Assembly (NCBI GenBank): GCA_963663385.2
Contig: CAXXXD010000003.1
Coordinates: 288,001 to 352,000, forward strand
Origin: Oceanispirochaeta sp.
GTDB taxonomy: Bacteria > Spirochaetota > Spirochaetia > DSM-2461
Length of the DNA: 64,000 bases
Reading direction: 5' to 3'
The notes beneath the pieces are model-generated. The model ran no database searches. It had not been told where the DNA came from and was given only the letters and a program-made list of their open reading frames with translations. The first letter of the stretch is position 1. Each line of letters begins with the position of its first letter. Positions 59,526-64,000 of the stretch are shown piece after piece. Both the position numbers and the translations under genes were made by a program.

Positions 59526-59826
59526 TATTTATCTTCCCCTTTTTTGTGCGTGGTCGATAACGCATTGTAATAGCGCTTCCGGGATCTGTCAATCGCTTTG
59601 TATGGTTCCGGAAACCTCAAAACAGTGACTAAATCCTTTATCTTCCTAAAATTAGGCCTGAAACCATCATAATAGAGGGTTTCAGGGGATATCGTATATA
59701 TAATAATATGAAAAATAATTTTGTAAAATGCATTTTTGTAATTATTGTGAAAGAAAAAATCGGATGTTCCATCCAACTTCCATACAGTCCGGGATTCCGG
59801 TTTTTCTCACGGCTCAGACTGTACCA

Positions 59827-60516
59827 TTACATTTGTCCATAATAGGCGTTCTCGCCATGTTTTCTCAGAAAATGCTTTTTTAACAGCTGCTCCGGCATAT
59901 GCGGTACAGAAGGGCTGCCGGTTTCGAGAACCCAGGCCATAAACGCCACCTCTTCGAGCACGACAGAGTGGTAAACAGAGTCATGAGCATTCTTTCCCCA
60001 TGTAAAGGGACCATGGTTGCTTACCAGAACCGCGGGGATTTTCATAGGGTCCTTAGTACAGAATCGTTCGACTATAACTTTGCCCGTATTTTTTTCATAC
60101 CCGGATTGGATTTCTGCACTTGTGAGATCTCTTGTGCAGGGAACAGGTCCGAAGAAATAGTCGGCATGAGTCGTCCCGTACGGAGGAATCTCCTCTTTAG
60201 CCTGAGAAAAAATGGTTGCCCATCTGGAATGTGTATGGCAGACGCCGCCTATGTTTTCAAAAGCTTTATAAAGTTCCAGATGGGTCGGCGCATCTGAGGA
60301 TGGTTTGAGGTTCCCTTCCACCACGTTGCCTTCCATATCCAGAATTACAATATCTGACGGGACCATCCGATTATACTCCACTCCGCTTGGTTTTATGGCA
60401 ACCAGTTTCTTCTCCCGGTCAATGGCGCTGACATTGCCCCAGGTATAAATGACAAGATTCTTTTTTTGCAATTCCAGGTTTGCCTGAAATACTTCTTCCT
60501 TTAATTCTTCCAGCAC
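59827..60516 (-). CDS. araD: L-ribulose-5-phosphate 4-epimerase
   Basis: LEELKEEVFQANLEL, TWGNVS, IKPSGV, PSSDAPTH, HTHS, GTTHADYF, KHFLRKHG.NAYYGQ. GTG start 60516. Confidence 0.95.
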   Translation of the reverse strand: MLEELKEEVFQANLELQKKNLVIYTWGNVSAIDREKKLVAIKPSGVEYNRMVPSDIVILDMEGNVVEGNLKPSSDAPTHLELYKAFENIGGVCHTHSRWATIFSQAKEEIPPYGTTHADYFFGPVPCTRDLTSAEIQSGYEKNTGKVIVERFCTKDPMKIPAVLVSNHGPFTWGKNAHDSVYHSVVLEEVAFMAWVLETGSPSVPHMPEQLLKKHFLRKHGENAYYGQM

Positions 60517-60520
60517 TGTT

Positions 60521-62035
60521 CTACTCCATTCCTTTCCATAGTCCGTCCAGGGAGTCCGAAATCTTTCTGTAAATGGTATATTTCCTGGAATAGACTTCTG
60601 TTCTTGATTTGTCAGGTTGAATTTTCTTTCTGATTTTAACCATTTCCAGGGCTGCTGCATTCAGACTGTCGTATTCACCTTCTGCAACAGATGCCGCCAT
60701 GGCACAGCCTAGAGCCCCGAGCTCTTCCGTCTCAATGGTTTCGACAGGTAAATCAGAAATATCCGCAAACATCTGGGCCCATACGGACGATTTGGCTGCC
60801 CCTCCGGCCAGCCGGATTGCCCGGGTTTCCTCCCTGTTCTGCAGGAGCTTTTCGATATGCACCATATGACAGAAAACAATCCCCTCAAATACAGCTCTGA
60901 TCATATCGGCTCTTGTGTGGGATCTGTCCAGTCCGATAAAGCAGGATCTGGCGTTGGGATTATAGTTGGAACCGAACAGGAATGGGAGATAATACAGGGA
61001 ATGATCTTCCGGATTTATTGAATTAACCAGTTTGTCACAGTACTGATAAATATTTATTCCCAATATGTCCGCCTCCCTTTTCTCTCTGTCCAGAAAGGTT
61101 TCTACAAACCATTCAAGATTGCCTGCTGATGTGGGGCTGCACTCTTCAATCAGGTAATAACCATCCAGACAATAGAGGGAATTCATCATGACGCTATGAT
61201 TTGTTACAGGTCCTTTAGATATGTATTCATTGATACTCCAGGTTCCTGCAATAACACAGATATTTTTCTCATCCGTTATGTCCATGGCAATTGAACAGGC
61301 ATCTATATCAAACATCCCTCCTGCAACAGGTGTTCCCTGGACAAGACCCGTCTGTTCTGCTGCTTCCCGGGTTATGTATCCGCATATATCCGTAGACTTT
61401 CTGATTGGCGGCAGTTTTTCATACAGGTCCTCCAGGTCAAAGAGTTTTAACAGTTCTCTGTCAAAATCACAGGTTTTCAGGTTCATCATACCGGAGCCGG
61501 AATAGTCTGTTCTTTCTGAATAAGCCTCGCCGGTGAGCCGGAACCGCATATAATCCTTGACTTCAAAAATCCATTGTATCTGTTCTATAACTTCCGGGCT
61601 ATTATCTTTGAACCAGTTTAAAAGGGAAACAGGCTGACAGGCGAGAATCTTCTGGAATGTTTTTTCAAACGCCTTCAGGGCTGTTCCGTCTTTCTCCCAT
61701 TTTACTGGATACTCCCAGGCTCTCGTATCGGTTGATACAATGCCGTTGTAGCAGGGGGTATTGTTCTTTCCCCAGAGGTAAAGCCCTTTTCCATGGCCGC
61801 TGCAGGCTACACCCCTGATCATTTCCGGAGATATTTCAGCCCGGTCCAAGGCATTGCGTATAGCTTTTGCATTGCTGTTCCAGAGGTCCGTCATATTCCT
61901 TTCTGTATAGCCGGAATGGGGCGTATGCAGTTCCAGTTTGCAGGATGAAGACGAGATCTCTTCTCCCTTTGAGTTGAAAATAACAGCTTTGCACAAAGTT
62001 CCTCCGTTATCAATTCCCATATAATATTTGGTCAT
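60521..62035 (-). CDS. lyxK: L-xylulose/3-keto-L-gulonate kinase
   Basis: GIDNGGT..KA, SGHGKGLY, VKDYMRFRLTG, GGMFDI, IAGTWSINE, SPTSAGNLEWF. Confidence 0.88.
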   Translation of the reverse strand: MTKYYMGIDNGGTLCKAVIFNSKGEEISSSSCKLELHTPHSGYTERNMTDLWNSNAKAIRNALDRAEISPEMIRGVACSGHGKGLYLWGKNNTPCYNGIVSTDTRAWEYPVKWEKDGTALKAFEKTFQKILACQPVSLLNWFKDNSPEVIEQIQWIFEVKDYMRFRLTGEAYSERTDYSGSGMMNLKTCDFDRELLKLFDLEDLYEKLPPIRKSTDICGYITREAAEQTGLVQGTPVAGGMFDIDACSIAMDITDEKNICVIAGTWSINEYISKGPVTNHSVMMNSLYCLDGYYLIEECSPTSAGNLEWFVETFLDREKREADILGINIYQYCDKLVNSINPEDHSLYYLPFLFGSNYNPNARSCFIGLDRSHTRADMIRAVFEGIVFCHMVHIEKLLQNREETRAIRLAGGAAKSSVWAQMFADISDLPVETIETEELGALGCAMAASVAEGEYDSLNAAALEMVKIRKKIQPDKSRTEVYSRKYTIYRKISDSLDGLWKGME

Positions 62036-62895
62036 ATTACTTCTCCTGTTGAATTCCTGATGGCTGTACGGAGGAAATCGGCTGCCCTGGATAAATCTTC
62101 CCGCCAGTTTGAACTGCCTGTATACCAGAATTCCCCAACAAAAAGGGAAACCCCCAGTTCCCTGACAATTCCTACGGTTTTCTGAAAGTTTACATGCCCT
62201 GTTCCATAGGGAATCTCTCTGTACCTGCCCGGAAGGGTTTCTTTAAGATGCATGGCTGCCATATGCCCCCTGCCGGCGGCAATATCCAGAGTCAGACTGT
62301 GCCCGTCTGCCAGGGCTGCATTACTTATGTTTCCGATATCCGGATAAATCTGCAGATAGGGAGAGTCAATCCTGTGAATATGCTCCATGGCTTTGGATAC
62401 GGTATTAAGAAAATCCGTTTCCATTGTTTCAAAGGCAAGGATGACTCCTTCCCTGGATGCCAGCTCGACAGCTTCTTTAAGATTCTTTTCAAAATTGGTA
62501 CGGGTTGTACTATTGGACGGTGCGTAATATTCATCATACCCGGCAATCTGTATAATCCTGATGCCCAGGTCGCCGGCCAGCTGAATGGCATCTTCCATAA
62601 TTTCCATCCCTCTCTTCCGTACGGCAGGGGATTCACTGCCCAGCGGATACTTTCTGTTTCCGCTGAGGCAAAGGGTTTTTATGGGAACTCCACTCTCCCA
62701 GATAGCATGAGATACTTTACGCCGCTCTTCCCGATCCCATTTTAACCGGGCCAGCTTCTCGTCCGTTTCATCAATGCTCAGTTCCATAAAATCAAAACCG
62801 GCTTTCCGGGTCTCCTTAAGTTTTTCATGGATGCCTATTTCCGGCGGCATGGATTTTTCGTATAATCCAAGTTTGTATTTGAAGGTTGTATTCAT
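62032..62895 (-). CDS. ulaE: L-xylulose-5-phosphate 3-epimerase (UlaE/SgbU)
   Basis: LGLYEKSMP, ELSIDETDEKLARL, CLSG.RKYPLGS, IQIAGYD, YPDIGN, HLKET, GEFW. Confidence 0.93.
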   Translation of the reverse strand: MNTTFKYKLGLYEKSMPPEIGIHEKLKETRKAGFDFMELSIDETDEKLARLKWDREERRKVSHAIWESGVPIKTLCLSGNRKYPLGSESPAVRKRGMEIMEDAIQLAGDLGIRIIQIAGYDEYYAPSNSTTRTNFEKNLKEAVELASREGVILAFETMETDFLNTVSKAMEHIHRIDSPYLQIYPDIGNISNAALADGHSLTLDIAAGRGHMAAMHLKETLPGRYREIPYGTGHVNFQKTVGIVRELGVSLFVGEFWYTGSSNWREDLSRAADFLRTAIRNSTGEVI

Positions 62896-63076
62896 GATTG
62901 TTCAATTATATTTTCCTGAGTTCCGAAAGCAATATAATATCTTTAACCGGTTGTATCGATTTCATATAATATTTTAAGCTTCCCTGAAAAATATTTAACA
63001 CTGTCTTGATTAGAACCGGACTGTCCGGTAAAAATTGGGGCAGATAAAAATGCATTTTGTTACGGGAGAACAGGGT

Positions 63077-63742
63077 ATGATCAGTACTGTCATCTTTGAC
63101 ATGGACGGGGTTTTAATTGATAGCGAGCCGATACATCAAAGGGTAAACCAGTCATTTTTTTCCAGGATTGGCACTGAAGTCGGCAGTGAGTTTTATAACA
63201 GTAACTTTGTAGGATTGCCCGTGGAACAGATGATGGTCTATCTAAAAGAGAAACACAATCTTAAAGCCGGTGTTCCGGAGCTGATGGCCGAATGCGGCGC
63301 TCTGCTATATAAAGAATTTGAACAGTCGGAACTGGTTCCCGTTTCGGGAGTAAAAGAGCTTCTCGGATTATTCAGGGAAGAACAGTTTAATCTGGCTGTA
63401 GGTTCCTCTTCATCACCGGAATTGATTCGTTTGATAATCGGCAAACTGGGGCTTGATCATTTTTTTCATCACCTTGTCAGCGGGTATGAAGTGAAAAAGG
63501 GTAAACCCGAACCGGATCTCTTTTTGAAAATAGCCGGGATATTCAATGAATCTCCGGAGAATTGCGCCGTTATTGAAGACTCTGCTCTGGGATTGAAAGC
63601 TGCCTCTCTGGCGGGGATGCCTTCTATCGGGGTAAGGAATCCCTCATCAGGAGATCAGGATCTGAGTCTGGCGGAGCTTATTGTTCCGGGATTTGGCAAA
63701 GAGGAGAGAGGGGAGATATTGAAGGCTCTTCAGAGCTGGTAA
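63077..63742 (+). CDS. HAD-superfamily hydrolase (beta-PGM/Gph-like)
   Basis: VIFDMDGVLIDSE, GSSS, GKPEPD.F, IEDS..G. GGAG RBS before ATG 63077. Confidence 0.92.
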   Translation: MISTVIFDMDGVLIDSEPIHQRVNQSFFSRIGTEVGSEFYNSNFVGLPVEQMMVYLKEKHNLKAGVPELMAECGALLYKEFEQSELVPVSGVKELLGLFREEQFNLAVGSSSSPELIRLIIGKLGLDHFFHHLVSGYEVKKGKPEPDLFLKIAGIFNESPENCAVIEDSALGLKAASLAGMPSIGVRNPSSGDQDLSLAELIVPGFGKEERGEILKALQSW

Positions 63743-64000
63743 TATTCTTCTGCCGGGAGGTTTTAAACCAGTTTATATGATCATTTAAAAGGATGGTCGC
63801 TTTGTGGATCCTTCTGGTAAGACGGGTCATCTTTTTCATCTGATAGTCTATCTGACTGAATTCCCGGGTAAAGAGTACAATCTTTTCCAGAACACTGGAT
63901 GAAATTGTATTAATCTGGTTCATGCTGCTTGATGTTTCACCCGTGGATACGGCTATGATATCGCTATTATCCAGAACTCTCAGAGATACTGTATTCAGCT
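63678..64000 (-). CDS. 3' end of a probable methyl-accepting chemotaxis protein (partial)
   Basis: Frame is open to the window edge (LNTVSLRVLDNSDIIAVSTGETSSSMNQINTISSSV...LNDHINWFKT). Heptad helical pattern and L...I..FK ending typical of MCP tails. Confidence 0.55.
   Translation of the reverse strand, partial: LNTVSLRVLDNSDIIAVSTGETSSSMNQINTISSSVLEKIVLFTREFSQIDYQMKKMTRLTRRIHKATILLNDHINWFKTSRQKNITSSEEPSISPLSPLCQIPEQ

Noticed and set aside
60517..60660. Long N-terminus of araD in the ORF track
   Set aside because: Overlaps lyxK by 140 bp; AraD homology starts at GTG 60516.
1..64000. tRNA, rRNA, riboswitch, prophage or known defence systems
   Set aside because: None recognised by eye; tRNAscan-SE, Rfam and DefenseFinder would be needed to exclude them formally.

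Overview
A 64 kb bacterial chromosome segment, most likely from a free-living anaerobic spirochaete (Spirochaetaceae-like). This is inferred from the 'FAGGQQE'/'FANGTQE'/'LANGQTE' N-termini of the solute-binding proteins and from gene content. It opens with a partial IS1182, an AT-rich orphan lipoprotein, an intact IS66 (8-bp target duplication) and an RNase HI with an extra N-terminal domain. A ~25 kb rhamnose super-locus follows: a two-component system, a rhamnose ABC importer, two rhaM copies, rhaA, an aldolase, a kinase, two AraC regulators, an embedded URO-D/MtaA-like enzyme, and a convergent operon with a TauABC-type importer, a cytoplasmic sulfatase and the second rhaM. Next come a VapC remnant and a GltD-fused [FeFe]-hydrogenase/hppA/hypothetical cluster interrupted by an IS110 whose non-coding end looks like a bridge RNA matching its own target. 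The rest holds envelope proteins, azlCD, an AT-rich sugar ABC island, an IscU-like/GGGtGRT pair, a hybrid kinase, an L-xylulose/L-ribulose operon, a HAD hydrolase and the 3' end of a probable chemoreceptor. No rRNA, tRNA or CRISPR array was recognised. Best leads: (1) a putative sulfated/methylated-rhamnose utilisation system; (2) the IS110 bridge-RNA-like region apparently programmed against a Shine-Dalgarno sequence; (3) the hydrogenase-pyrophosphatase module. All calls come from motif recognition by eye; no searches were run.
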